From contig JAPMXV010000033.1 in assembly GCA_026936335.1 (NCBI GenBank), positions 62,001-126,000 of the forward strand: 64,000 nucleotides of DNA, in the 5' to 3' direction. Below, piece after piece: positions 1 to 12,500 of the stretch (positions are counted from its first letter, which is position 1; every line of letters begins with the position of its first letter). Origin of the DNA: Mantamonas sphyraenae STR306. Taxonomy: Eukaryota > Protista > CRuMs. The notes beneath the pieces were generated by a model, which worked only from the letters and a program-made list of their open reading frames with translations, ran no database searches and had not been told where the DNA came from. Position numbers and translations under genes: made by a program.

Positions 1-3000
1 CCGAACATCTCCCTCCACCGCACAAACCCATTCGACACGTGGGGCTCTTTGAAGCTTAATGCTTCCAAAGAGGTACAGGTTCACAAAGATGGAACCGCGT
101 GCTTGAGTTTGGGGCAATGGTGAGTTTGCGGTCGTCGTGCGGAGTTTGGCATTTCGTGTTGTTCTGACATTTTCTGGTTCCCTCCCCCCAGGTTTGTTCT
201 CGCAACGCTCGACCCGCCAGAGAAAGCTTTCAAGGCGAGAAACAGGAATGTCATCATCAACGTGCGCAAGGAGGGCTCCAAATGCCCGGCCCCGCCGTCC
301 CTTCACGCCTTTGAACTCGAAGTGCCTTGGGGCAACGTCAGCACACATGCGGTGAATTTGCCTCACAGTGCCTACGTGACAATCCGCACACAAGGAGATG
401 TACACATGCTTGTGGGATCCCCCAACCCACCCACACTCGAGCTCGGCTCGGCAGCAAAGTACCGAGGAGGCACGCTTTCCCGCTGCTTCCCGGCGGGCAA
501 CTGGATAATCGGCTTCTGGGTTGCGAAGCCCGAGAAGAACCCAGTATCTCCGGAAGGGGACGAATTGTTCACAAAGCGCATCCACGTGTTGCAAACCCTC
601 AACGAAACAGGCTGTGATCCATTCTTCACGCGCTCTGTGCTTCGCAATAAGGGCACAACGTACGCAATGGACCAAGGAAACGACCTGGGATGGATGTATG
701 GGGCCCCTCTACACCTGGACACACGCAATACCACATTCGTCCACGTGCAAGGCAACGATGTCGCCGCTCACCCGTTTGGCGTCGTCTCAAACACCACCAC
801 AGTTGCAAACGCCACCACAGAGGCGCAGGTGCTGGCCATCATCAGCACCCTCCTCCAGGGTGGGCATGACGTGCTTGCCTTTAGCGGAAGTGAGCGTGTG
901 GATGTCGTGCTGGACGCGACATTGCTGCCTGTGAACGGCACACCGGTCCAGATCGTGCTGCAGGCTGGTGTGGCACAATGGGTACAGTGGGATGTTGTTG
1001 GCAGCCCAGCTCCCTTCCGCCTGGGAGCAACAGAGAGGTCGGAAGACGTGGATGTGCTCCTTGCGTCTGGCAGCACAGAACGCCTTGATCGAGCGTCGGT
1101 CAGCTGCCACATGCCAGGAAGATCGTTCGCTCAGCTGCGCTCCCGCGTTTCCGGCTCATACAACATATTTGCTGAACGCATGGCCAACACAAGCTCGTGT
1201 GGTGGCCCCGTTGCGGAACCATGGAGTCATTGCTTGGACACCACGGACTACACCCTCGGGGTGCAGCTCACACCACCCCTAGGTTGGTTCGCTCTGGCGC
1301 TGTTGTTTTTCACTGGCATGGTCTCTGCGCTGGACATGGATGATGAACAGCTCCTGGTGCGCACACGTATTCGCTTGGCCGTGCGTGAAGGCATCTTTCT
1401 TGTTCTCCTTGGGCTGGAGTTGCTCATCATCAGCGCAAACAACTCGTTGACCAGCGTAGCCTCGCACATTGTGCCTATTCTCCTCTTTTTGGGCTACGTG
1501 GTTCAGCTGGAGAGAAACAAGGACGAAATCAGCGGAGCCGCCTTTCCCAGCCTCTCTGTGCTTCCAGCCACCATTCTCGCGCTTTATATTATCTGGGGAA
1601 CTGTGGGAATCGATGTGGATGCCATGTGCATCGCAGCCATCGCAGGAGGCACTATCTCGAGCCTCATCGCCTTTGTGCTGCCAGATTCGCACCCTGAAGC
1701 CATCAAAACCCTCGTCAAGGTGTTTTTGACTGACGGAGCACGCCCACAGCGGTTGGTTGAACCCAGCAACACAACTGCCTGGCGTAGTGCTCCGTTTGTG
1801 GACTGCTACGGGGTCCGGCGGCAAACACGGCTCACCCACGGCTTGCCTCGCGATGAAAATGGCCGTCCACCCGTGGTTAGGCAAGACCAGCTTTTGCCTG
1901 TGCAAGAGTTGGCGTTGCGACGTGGTGTCGAACACATCGTATGGTTCGTGGGAACCTTGGTCATCTCCTTGTTCGCTACGGATGTGTTCTGGAACATTGC
2001 TTTCATCTGGGAGACCACAATCGTGCTGGCAGCGGTCGCTTTTGTGCTGGGTGTCACCTTTATTTTGGTGCACGGTATGTTCCTGTTCATGTCGTTCTCA
2101 CATCTGGACTCTGAGTCCGAAGACTGGCTCGGGGCAAGGTTCAGCCACCTCACTGTAGCCTTCATCACCTGCCCGCTGCTCATCCTGGCCATCGTCCCAA
2201 AGACAGGTGTGCTATTTGGCATTGGTTGGGCAGCGGTGTCCATGTTGCCGATGGCGACTGCGTTGACAACAGGCACACTCTGGCAAAGAATCGGCTGCGG
2301 CGTCTCGCTGTTGCTCTGGTTCACCCTGCAGCTCCTGAAGGCCTTGGATGTGGTGGACGTCTCGTATGTCGTGGTGTTCCTCCCGCTGCTCGTGCCCTTT
2401 CCGCTCATGTTGTTGCGTTTGGTGCCAAACTCGAGGAATTCAAGGCCTTCGTCAGAGAATGCTGGGACACTCCAGAACCGCATCTTCGCCCTTCTGAGCG
2501 CCCTGTCCTATGCACTGCCGATGATTTTTCTGCTGACCTTCACCTTCATTTTGGACAACCCGCGCCCTGAACAACGGCAAGCGATTCGGGAGATGATGGG
2601 AACCTTTGGGCTCCTTGTGCTCTCTGCCGCGCTGTACGTGTGGTGGCATGTGGAAGAGTTTCCATACTTTTACTTCCTTTCCTCTCGAGACATGGAAAGA
2701 GATTGCACAGTGGTCACTGCAGAGGAAGAGGAAGACGACGCGGCGGATTCACGGGAAACGGATTCGGAACTCGACGACGAAGACGACGACGACGACCAGA
2801 CTACACCCATCACGACACCGCTGCTCCCCACTGGAGCCACCATCGAGTTGCATTCGATCAGCATCCAGGAGGACCCGTACTCGCCGCAGTTCCCAACGTC
2901 CTCGATGAACCAGCACACACAGCTGGGGCTCCGCGAAATAATCACTGGACTGAACCATGACTGGCTCGAGGGTGAGCTTGTGGTGTCCCGTTCGCAGCTT

Positions 3001-3264
3001 GAGACTCTCGTGGACGTGTGCGTAGCGTGCGCCCTCGCCTCCTCACCGCAAACGCTCCAGCGACTCCACCAAGCCTTTGCCACATCAGACATCACACAGG
3101 CTGACCAAATGATCTCTGAGCACATCACAAGCGGGGAAATCGTCGTCGAAAAGCACTTGCTCGACGGCATGCACACCATCTTGCTCTCGGCATCCAAGGA
3201 TTCCCGAGCGGTCATCGCCGAGTCTCTCTCCGAGCTCTCTGTCATCATCCGTGGCAACAAATGA
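1..3264 (+). CDS. Large multi-pass membrane protein of unknown function, 5'-truncated by the window edge (intron 120-191)
   Basis: Frame 1 is open from base 1. GTGAGT at 120 and TTCTGAC...CCCCCAG ending 191 define a 72-nt intron that removes the stop at 121 and joins to the 1000-aa ORF. Luminal N-terminal region, more than 10 hydrophobic segments, acidic C-terminal tail. Confidence 0.7.
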
Positions 3265-3382
3265 ACACATGTATAGTACAGCTTGGCCTCTGCCGTGGCA
3301 ATTCCCTCGCAAATGCTTGTGCTTTGCAACCCTTGCAGCCCCTGCCTTCCCCACGCCAACCAAAAACCAAGCAAGCACCACC

Positions 3383-4600
3383 ATGATGAAGATTGTTGCT
3401 CTCATCGCAGTGATGACGATTGCCTGCGCCGCAGCTATGCCGCTGACGGAGCTGAAGGCCGCGGAGATGACCCCCGAGCTGGAGTTTGAGAAGTTCATGA
3501 TTGACCACGGCAAGCAGTACGAGACCCGTGCCGAGCTGATGAAGCGCTTCCAGATCTTCAAGGACAACAAGGTGCGCATCGCCAAGATGAACGCCGACGC
3601 CGAGGCTGCCGGCAAGAGCACCAAGTTCGCCGTGAACCAGTTTGCGGACATGACCCCGGAGGAGTTCCGCCACACCTACCTCAGCGAGGTGCCTGCTGTG
3701 CGCGACCCGTCCGTGCCCGTTCTCGAGGACATCGAGGTCGGCGACCTGCCGTCCAGCTTGTAAGTTTGCCAAGCCGGTGTGCGGTGCGCCCCGTGCATAA
3801 ATGCGCAAAAAGGGCGGAAGCCTGCAGAAAAAAAAACGGGACTCGCGCGCATCCACGCGAAAATTGCGTGCCGGCGTCCACAGGACAAGGGAGAAGGTAG
3901 AACGCGGTGCAAGTCACTCACACGCATATGTACACACAGCGACTGGCGTGAGAAGGGCGCTGTGACGCCCGTGAAGAACCAGGGCTCGTGCGGCAGCTGC
4001 TGGGCGTTCTCCACCACGGGCAACGTCGAGGGCCAGTGGTTCCTGAAGACCGGCAACCTGACCAGCCTGTCCGAGCAGAACCTGGTGGACTGCGACCACC
4101 ACTGCATGGAGTACAAGAACCAGAAGAGCTGCGACAGCGGCTGCAACGGTGGTCTCCAGCCCAACGCCTACCAGTACATCATGGGCAACGGTGGCATTGA
4201 CACCGAGAGCGCCTACCCGTACGAGGGTGTTGACGGCCAGTGCCGCTACAAGGCCGCCGGTCGTGGCGCTGTGGTGAACAACTACACCATGATCTCTGAG
4301 GACGAGACCCAGATCGCTGCCCAGCTGGTCGCTCGCGGCCCGCTGGCCATCGCTGCCGACGCTGCCGAGTGGCAGTTCTACTTTGGTGGTGTCTTTGACG
4401 TCCCCTGCGGCAAGAGCCTCGACCACGGCATCCTCATTGTGGGCTTCGGCTCGCAGCGCGGCATCTTTGGCGAGGAGCCCTACTGGCTCATCAAGAACTC
4501 CTGGGGACCGGGCTGGGGTGAGAAGGGCTACCTTAAGATCATCCGCGGCAAGGGCAAGTGCGGCCTGAACACCTTTGTGTCCACGTCCATCATCCACTAA
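3383..4600 (+). CDS. Papain-family (C1A) cysteine protease, cathepsin F/RD19/Dictyostelium CP1-like preproenzyme (intron 3760-3939)
   Basis: Signal peptide [10 protein letters not shown]; I29 prodomain with ERFNIN-like and NQFAD motifs. Splicing gives LPSSFDWREKG. Catalytic motifs [20 protein letters not shown] and IKNSWG. Confidence 0.96.
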
Positions 4601-4696
4601 AGTGTTGAACACGTCGCAGTGGGGGCACCAAGAAACCCAAGGTCGACGACCGAGACAGAAATGAACCGCGCGTCCACAACCATCCAATTAAAACTG

Positions 4697-5357
4697 ATGA
4701 CCTCCACTCGCTCGGTGGCTGTGCGTGCCATCGCCTTTGACCTCGATGGAACCCTCACCAAGCCGGGAGCCATCGACTTTGCGGCCATGCGCAGCCGCCT
4801 GGGCGTTTCCCGACGGAGAAGATATCCTCGAGTTTGTCTCGGCCGCCGCCGAAGACGAACGCAAGCGTCTGGACAGCATCTTGGACGAATTGGAAGACGA
4901 GGCGCGCGCCAAGCAGGAGCTGCACGACGGGGCGGCAGACATGGTCCTGCAGGCACGAAAGGCCGGTTTGAAAGTAGGCGTGATCACACGCAACGTCGAG
5001 CTGTCCATCACGCACCTCGTCGAACAGATGGGCGGCGATGTCGACTTTGATGGGAAAATTGCACGCAACAGTGTGGACGAGGAGCTGGGGCGGCGCATCC
5101 ACTTCAAACCCAGCCCTGAGGCCCTGGAGTTGTTTTCCGCCTCCTGGGACATTCCCTGCAGTGAAATTGCCATGGTGGGCGACTCTGCAGACGACATCAA
5201 GTGTGCCAATAACGCAGGCAGTGTTGCATGCCTTTTGTATCAGCAGCACAACGCTCACTTGGTGGAACGCGACGATCTCACCCTCGACGTCGTCGTCAGC
5301 AGCTACGACGAGTTGCGTGACGTCTTGTTGCCACAGACACAGCCACAGGATGAATAA
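4697..5357 (+). CDS. HAD-superfamily hydrolase with an apparent extra base at ~4806-4811
   Basis: Motif I FDLDGTL lies in one frame; GVITRN, KPSPE and MVGDSADDI lie in the next frame. Removing one base in GTTTCCC gives LGVPDGEDILEF. Confidence 0.85.
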
Positions 5358-5428
5358 AATTGCATCCTGCACATCCACTGGTCCTCCCACCTGCGCGTCC
5401 GTGCCAAACAAAAATCCCCTTTTCCCAA

Positions 5429-6959
5429 ATGGACATCCTGGCAGGCGGCGCCATCCAGCAGAAGAACAGCGCCGGACTGATATCTGTGAGCGAGGCCGAG
5501 TCGTTGGTCGAGGGGCTGGAAGTGTTGGATGTGGCCAGCATTGGCACCGCCGGCTGGTTCAAGCAACACGAGGTGTGGCAGAAGCTCAACTACCAGGCGC
5601 ATCACAACGCCCTTGGAGGCCATGACGAGTTTGTCAAGGAGGCTTTCATTTCATTCCAAAAGACGGCCACCCTCGTGCAGGAGCTCCTTAGCATCGAGAT
5701 GTGGAAGGCCAAGGCCTGGCCTCTGCTGAAGAAGCAGCTCGGCGCTTCGTCCGTCTACCTGCTTCCGTACACCCTCCTGTACCACGAGTGTGTGCTGGTC
5801 AACCTCCTCGAAGTGCTCATGTTCCACCAGGAGGCCTGCGAGTCTCTGGACGACGCTGCGCTCGAGCTGGCCGACTATTGCCACCGCAAGCTCGTCGTGT
5901 TGGCAACCCGGTGCGTTTCTGATCGTTTTGGGCGCATGATCCCCACCCCCGTTTTGCACAGCCCCCACTGACGCCACACGAACACACGCACATGCATACA
6001 CACGGCATTCGACCACACTACTCGTCTCGACCATCCACCACAGCGATTGGGAATCGACCATTGCCGTGGGCGAAGAGGATGAGGACGGCAGCAGTGAAGG
6101 TGCCAGCAACAACGACGCAGACGGAAACGGATTGGAGCAGCTGGAGAAGCAACTGGAGATGATGGAGTTCCAATGTGGACTTGCAGCGCTGTCCATCACA
6201 CGCTACCTCAGCGACTACATGCACGACCTGCCCATTGGCGTGATGAACCGGCTTGTACAGGATCACGATGTGATCGCCGTGGCATCTCAGCTCGTGCTGT
6301 CGCCCCCGTGGGTGCGCAAAACACGCCAGGGTTACTTCAAATGGGTGGACAACAAGTGGAAGCTGGTCGACTGGGACGACATCGAAGCCCTGACCAAACC
6401 CGATGCGCAGGTGTGGCTTCTCCTCACCAACCTCATTGTCGACTCGGAGGCCAGTGGCAAGTACAACTGGAACGCAGAGAAGAAGGATGCCGTGTTTCGA
6501 TTGCGTCCCCACCTCCAAGAGACCCTCGTGGACCAGATTCCCATCCTGGAGGATCTCCAGCGTGCTTTGGACAACCTGCACTTTATGGACCCGCCGCGTG
6601 CGAGCGAGCAGAGCAGCATGCTGCGCATTGAGCAGCTACCCGAAATGTGGGACAATCTGTTGGCTCTGGACTGGGAGGCCATTGCTGCCAAGCAGGCACG
6701 CGACGTCTTTGACGAAGCCTCCTTGGCCAGCAGTGCCCAGCAGCTTATGCAGCAGCTGGCAAGTGCATACAACCTCGACGCCCTCGACGACGTCCTCGAA
6801 CCGCCCAAGTGCGCCAACTGCGGTGAACCGGCCGTCAACCGCTGCTCACGCTGCAAGAGCGAGTGGTATTGCGGCCGCGAATGCCAGGTTGCAGCCTGGA
6901 AGGCCCACAAGAGTGTCTGCGATCTCGTCAGTGGCGCAGACTCTATCAAGAGTGCCTAG
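5429..6959 (+). CDS. ZMYND10: Axonemal dynein assembly factor ZMYND10 (intron 5911-6043)
   Basis: HDEFVKEAFISFQK, LYHECVLVNLLEVLMFH and ELADYCHRKL motifs; C-terminal MYND finger CANC..CSRC..YCGRECQ..WKAHKSVC. Phase-2 GTGCGT..CAG intron joins the two ORFs. Confidence 0.93.
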
Positions 6960-7564
6960 TCTCTCTCTGTGAGTGTGTGTGTGTGTGTCATCGCCCACTG
7001 GCGTCCTCAGGCAACGAACCGGCAACGAAACGCTTCCTTCCCTCTTTGTCTTTAGCATGTGTTGTGTAACCCCCCCGGACGCGTACGCCCGGGCTGATTC
7101 ACGTGTGGTCTTTGGATATGAGAAAAAGGGAACAATGTGGCACGGCGTGTGTGTGTGCGTGGCGAGAATGAAGCACGTGAAGCGCGGAAAGCGCGCCTCA
7201 CCTCACCTCGCGCACACACACTCTCGCCCTGCCGCGTTGTGGGCCCCCCACACCCGTTCCCTTCGGGTGTCGGGTTGACGGCATCGGAACCTGCCTCATC
7301 CAGTGCCGCTTCCGTGCAAAAGTAAGCACGGCATGCAAGCCTCCGAAGCGTACGACGGATTCCTGGAGGACGTGTTCCGCCAAAAATTAGATCGGAAGCT
7401 GCCGACGTTAGCCGGCAGTGGTTGTTTTCCTTACTCTAAAGTCTGCACACACAAACACACGAGTCAGCTTCATCATCGCCCCCCTTGCCCTTGCATACCC
7501 CACTTCTCCAACACGTACTTTGAGCCGCCCCGACTGGCGCAATCCGAATCCCACATCGAAAACC

Positions 7565-9541
7565 ATGTACGTGATCGTGCTTCCTGCCGGTCTCGCCCAG
7601 GACAAACGCGACGCGCTCATTGGCCAACTGCGTGATGCGGATCTCACCGTGTCCATGGTGTTTGACGCCGAGGAGGACAAAGAGGGCAACAAGCGCGCCT
7701 ACCTGCACGTCTCGCCAAGCGAAAAGGCTCTGGCCAAGGCTTGGGTGCTCCAGCAGTATCTGGAGGGCAAGTTTGGTATCGATTTCGAGTCGCAGGCCCT
7801 CGAGGAAGTCAAGGCTCTGGCTCCACGTCAGAAGGCCCACCTCACCCACTCCATCTTGGAGCATCTGCACGTGGAGGACGACCAGGGTGTGCAGCGTCCC
7901 ACGTTGGAAACCATGCGTGCCGATGAAGAGATTGAGGCTGTGTTTCCCCTCCACGACGACGACGAAAAGCGCGAGCTCTTCCTCAGCATGATCAAGTCGC
8001 TTTGGTCCATTCCAGGCGACGAGCTGGAGCAGTACTTTGGTCCCAAGGTCGCCTTTTACTTTGAGTGGCTCCAGTTCTACCTTTGCTGGCTGCTGGTGCC
8101 TTCTGTGCTCGGCCTCCTCGTTTGGTACTTTGAGACGGCCGAACACGGCGTCGACAACGCCTACGTCACCGCCTTTGCCCTTGCCGTCGTCATCTGGGCC
8201 ACCCTCTTTGTGCGCTACTGGAAGCGCTACAGCGCACAGTGTGCGTACCGCTGGGGCGTCTTTGAACTCACCCAGGTCGAGGAGGTGCGCCCTGAGTTCC
8301 ACGGCGTCGTCCACGTCTCCGACGTCACTGGCGCCAAAGAATACCACTATCCGGCCTGGAAACGTACCGCCACAATGCTCTTTGTCACCCTCCCGGTTGT
8401 TCTGCTCATGCTCGCCATGGCCATGGCCGCCATGTTTGCCTGTCTCAACCTGAACGGCTACATCCACGAAACCTCGCCCGTGTACGTGCCTCTCCTCAAC
8501 AGTCGCAACCCAGACAAGCCTGGCATGGTTTACGACGACGACAACTTTGTCGTGCAGATGCTTCCGTCGATCCTCCACGCCACCTTTATCCTCATCATCA
8601 ACCTCATCTACGCCCAGGTTGCCGAGTGGCTAACCGACCTCGAGAACCATCGCACCGTGGCCGAACACGAACGTGCCCTCATCCTCAAGCGTGTGCCCTT
8701 TGAGATGTTCGATTGCTACTTGTCCCTCTTCTACCTCGCCTTCTACCAGCGCAACATGGCCGCCCTCCGTCTCGAGATCAACGGCCTCTTTGTCGCAGAC
8801 ACCGTCCGCAGGGTCCTTCTCGAGTCCGTCATTCCCTGGGTTCTCAAGCGCCTGCGAGGTGGCAACGGCAGCCACGGTGCATCTCCTCCTGCTGGCAGCG
8901 ACAAGAAGGACGACGACGCATCCTCCTCCTCTTCCCCCTCGGATCCCTCCCTTGTCCGCCCGGCCACAGCAACAGAGCTCTATGACAAGATCAAAGCTGA
9001 AGCCCAGTTGGATGTGCTTGAGGACTTTGACGATTGGATCGAAATGGTCATCCAGTACGGATACGTGGTCCTCTTTGCCGCGGCATTTCCCCTTGCCTCT
9101 GTGTTCTCCTTGCTGTCCAATCTGGTGGAGATCCGCAGCGATTCCTTCAAGCTATGCTTTGCCGCACAGCGGCCGGTGGCCCACAAGGTGTCCTCCATCG
9201 GCGCCTGGCGGGAGATCCTTGATCTCATCACGTCCCTCGCCGTCATCACCAACGTCGCCCTGTTTGCCTACACCAGCGATCAGATCGATGTGTTTGTGCC
9301 CGAAGACATGTCTTCCTTCATTGGTGGACCCAACGCAACCGCCCTCGGTATCGCCCTGCTGTGCGAGCACGCTCTTTTTCTGCTCCAGTTCCTTCTCGCG
9401 TGGATGATTCCGTCCATCCCAGGCAGCATTCGAAAGATCATGGCACGCAAGGAGGCCACTCAGCGCCGTGAACAGACTGCCCAGTTGCTGGATGTCCTGG
9501 ACGACAAGCTTGTCAAGGCGCTCGGCGAACGAACAATGTGA
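7565..9541 (+). CDS. Anoctamin/TMEM16 (ANO10/TMEM16K-like) Ca-activated scramblase/channel
   Basis: YFGPKVAFYFEWL, LTDLENHRT, DDWIEMVIQYGYVVLFAAAFPLA, NLVEIRSDSFKL and SIGAW. The start codon is uncertain (the ORF is open from 7418). Confidence 0.92.
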   Translation: MYVIVLPAGLAQDKRDALIGQLRDADLTVSMVFDAEEDKEGNKRAYLHVSPSEKALAKAWVLQQYLEGKFGIDFESQALEEVKALAPRQKAHLTHSILEHLHVEDDQGVQRPTLETMRADEEIEAVFPLHDDDEKRELFLSMIKSLWSIPGDELEQYFGPKVAFYFEWLQFYLCWLLVPSVLGLLVWYFETAEHGVDNAYVTAFALAVVIWATLFVRYWKRYSAQCAYRWGVFELTQVEEVRPEFHGVVHVSDVTGAKEYHYPAWKRTATMLFVTLPVVLLMLAMAMAAMFACLNLNGYIHETSPVYVPLLNSRNPDKPGMVYDDDNFVVQMLPSILHATFILIINLIYAQVAEWLTDLENHRTVAEHERALILKRVPFEMFDCYLSLFYLAFYQRNMAALRLEINGLFVADTVRRVLLESVIPWVLKRLRGGNGSHGASPPAGSDKKDDDASSSSSPSDPSLVRPATATELYDKIKAEAQLDVLEDFDDWIEMVIQYGYVVLFAAAFPLASVFSLLSNLVEIRSDSFKLCFAAQRPVAHKVSSIGAWREILDLITSLAVITNVALFAYTSDQIDVFVPEDMSSFIGGPNATALGIALLCEHALFLLQFLLAWMIPSIPGSIRKIMARKEATQRREQTAQLLDVLDDKLVKALGERTM

Positions 9542-9546
9542 GGATT

Positions 9547-12500
9547 TCATCCCCTGTCCACCTTGTCTACCATCCACTCATTGCCCAGTTTGAGGGCAAA
9601 CACGTCGCGGGCCTCGGCCATCTGCATATCGGCCCCCGCCACGCCACACCGCTCCATCTGGCGCCCGATTTCCCAGCGCAGCACCGCCATCTCGTAGTCC
9701 GCATACAAACCCAGGGCCTCGAGCTCTGTTTGTGCCTGCTGCAGCGAGACCAGTACCTCGGTTGCACGTTCGGTGCGCGTATTGGCGCCGGAAAACTGGG
9801 TCGAGCGGCTGAGCACTGCTTGCGCCACCTGTCGCCACAAGATGGCCACCAAAGAAGCCATGCGGAATTGGTCCGACAGTTCTTGCACAGCGCGCAGCAC
9901 CGCACCCAATTCCTTCTTGATGACCAAGATCTGGTTGGCCAGCGCTTGTCGCCGCTCTGCCTTTTCGCCACTCTGCATCAGCGCCTGCACACGCACACTC
10001 TTGCGCTCCATGGTGCGCACCAGAGTCTCGCACACCATATGGTAGGCATGCATGTCCAGCAGTGACAGGGCCTCTGTACGCCTGGCCAGCGCTGCCATGG
10101 CTCGTGCACACTCTTGCAATGCCAGCTTGTACTCGCCTCGATACAGGTGCACGTAGGCACTGCACGCGTGAGTATTCGCCACAAAGCACGTGTCGCTCAG
10201 CACCACGTCTGTCAGCCAGCCCTCCAGCGCGTGTTCGCGTGTGGAAGGCTCGTCACACGTGCCCTTGAGCAAATCCAACAACGCCAGCGCCTCGTCCATG
10301 CGCGAGGCCAGAATCAGATTGCGCAGCTGCAACACAGCCACCATGCGCACCATGGCATCCCGTTCCATGTGTCTGCGTGTGCGCAGGATGGCTGCGTCGC
10401 CCGCATGCTTGTGTGACGTCCCTGCACATCGACGCATCACACTGCGCAACAACAGTGTGCTTTCCTCCTCCGCCCCGTTCCATTGCTTCAACAATCCCAG
10501 CAGCAGCGACACTGTGGCCCACAAACGATCATTGCGGTTTGCATCGGCGAGTTGCCGCGCGTCATTCAGCAACACCACAGCCGAGTGGGCCTCGCCGTTC
10601 GACAGCTGCTGGTAGCCACTGCACGCGTATGCATACGCACGCAGGCTGTTGCTCACAGGCCACACTTCGTACACGGCCTTGCGTCCGGCGGTGCTCCAAA
10701 ACGCATCGTCAGCATGCTTGGCGACAGCGTCCAGCACTGCCAGCATCCGCTTGCTCCACCCCTGCGCCTTGGAAACACCCCCATTGCTGCTGCTACTGCA
10801 CTCCAACAGCACCAGCTCTGCCATGGCACGCACCATGACTCCACACAGCGGTGCTTTGTTGCGCTGCAGCTCCTTCACCGCGGATTCCAACGCCTCTACC
10901 GCCGTACGCACTGTCCCCTGACTGCGATACTGCATACGCCACGTCTGGGCTAGTCCTACCTCTGCACTTGCCGTCGCCATGGCACGCAACACCGCGCGTG
11001 TGTCCAGCTCTCCGTCGATTGCTTGGCTCCCCGTGCGTCGCCCGTTGTATGTACTCTGAGTCGGCGACAGGGCCACCTGATCAAAGTCTGCCACCGTGTT
11101 TCCCTGTGCTTGACTACTCTCCGACGAGCTACTGCTACTGCTGCTGCTGCTGCTGCTGCTACCGCCGCCAAAACCGCCAAACCAACTTGTTGTGCTCTTG
11201 CCGATGTCGGCAATAGACGAGCCCAACGAGTACAATGTCGTCAACACCAGCTTGTCGTTGGCCTTGGCTTGCACCAGCGCCTCTCTGTACATGATTTCCG
11301 CATACGTCATCTCCCGCGTGTCCACGTAGCAGTCTGCGAGGAGACCGTACCAGCACGCACGTCGTTGCTGCACAAACTCCTTCAACGCAGGATCCTTCAC
11401 CTGTTCCTCCAGTGTCTTTGCTTCGGTGGCATTCACCAACTCGCTCCATAGTGTCGCTGCGCGCGCCACTTGGTTCATATGAACCGCCTGCATCGCTGCA
11501 AGTTCCATGTACCGCACCGCAGGAACACACAGTGTGTCGTGACGCCACCAATGATGTGCCAGGCGACCGAGCCACAAACGCAGCGGACGCAACGCACGTG
11601 GCACCGTGCGTCCCAACTCACGCTGCGTTGGCAACGCCTGTACAGCAAGCTCACCTGCATACGCTTCCTCATAGAAACACGCTGCACAGGCATGCATCAT
11701 TCGTGTCGTTTCTGCATCTGTCTGTGCAACACACACGTCACGCAACCGATGGTGCACAAATGCAACACGACTGCCATCTGACAAGTCCCCAACCGTGGCA
11801 TCGGCCTCCCCCTTCGCCTCTTCCACCAGCTCCAGAATCCCCATCCGACAGAGCACTCGCACATGCACAGACAGCACACTGCGCAGCGCAGCCGGCTCGG
11901 GGTGGGGCTGAGGCGCGTCGGGGCCGCTACGAGAGAGAATGTACGTCCATGCCAGTTGACGGAAGGATGTTTGCATGCCCATCACTGCCATCAGTTGCAG
12001 GACGTACCGTGTGGACGCATGCAACAGTGGTTCAGACATGCGCTGTTCCAGCAGCGCCGTCAACGACCCAGGAACACCTTCCGTGCGCATCCCGCTCACC
12101 TCGGCCACACCCTCCTCACTCGCGTCGCTTCCACTCAACACGTCGCCACAAATTGCGCCAAAGCGGATTTGCTGGCGAAGCCATAGACGCAGCTGGGTCA
12201 GGTGCAAAGGGCTGCCCTGAGCAAGCCCTTCCAGTTGTGCACCCACGTCGCTGTGCAACCGCAACTGCATGTGGCATTGGCTGTGCAGCATCTCGTGTGC
12301 CTCTTCCCCGCTCAACGTACTCAACTTTGCAAACATGCACTCTCTGGCTCCTGCCACCTCTTGTTGCCATTGTTCACCTCGGTTTGGCAGCATCGATGCA
12401 ACCACCAGCATCGCAGGCACCTTTTGCGCAATGGCACGCAGCAGACCCATCGATGCCTCATCCATCCATTGGATGTTGTGCATCACCAGCACCGTGTGTT

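Noticed and set aside
4697-4714. HAD protein and peroxidase B both begin MTSTRS
   Set aside because: The codons differ and the predicted destinations differ; treated as coincidence.
6960-7564. Short ORFs or an ncRNA in the larger gaps (also 37536-38381 and 55721-56280)
   Set aside because: No motif, codon bias or recognisable tRNA/snoRNA structure; probably UTR or promoter. An Infernal/Rfam scan would be needed to exclude ncRNA.
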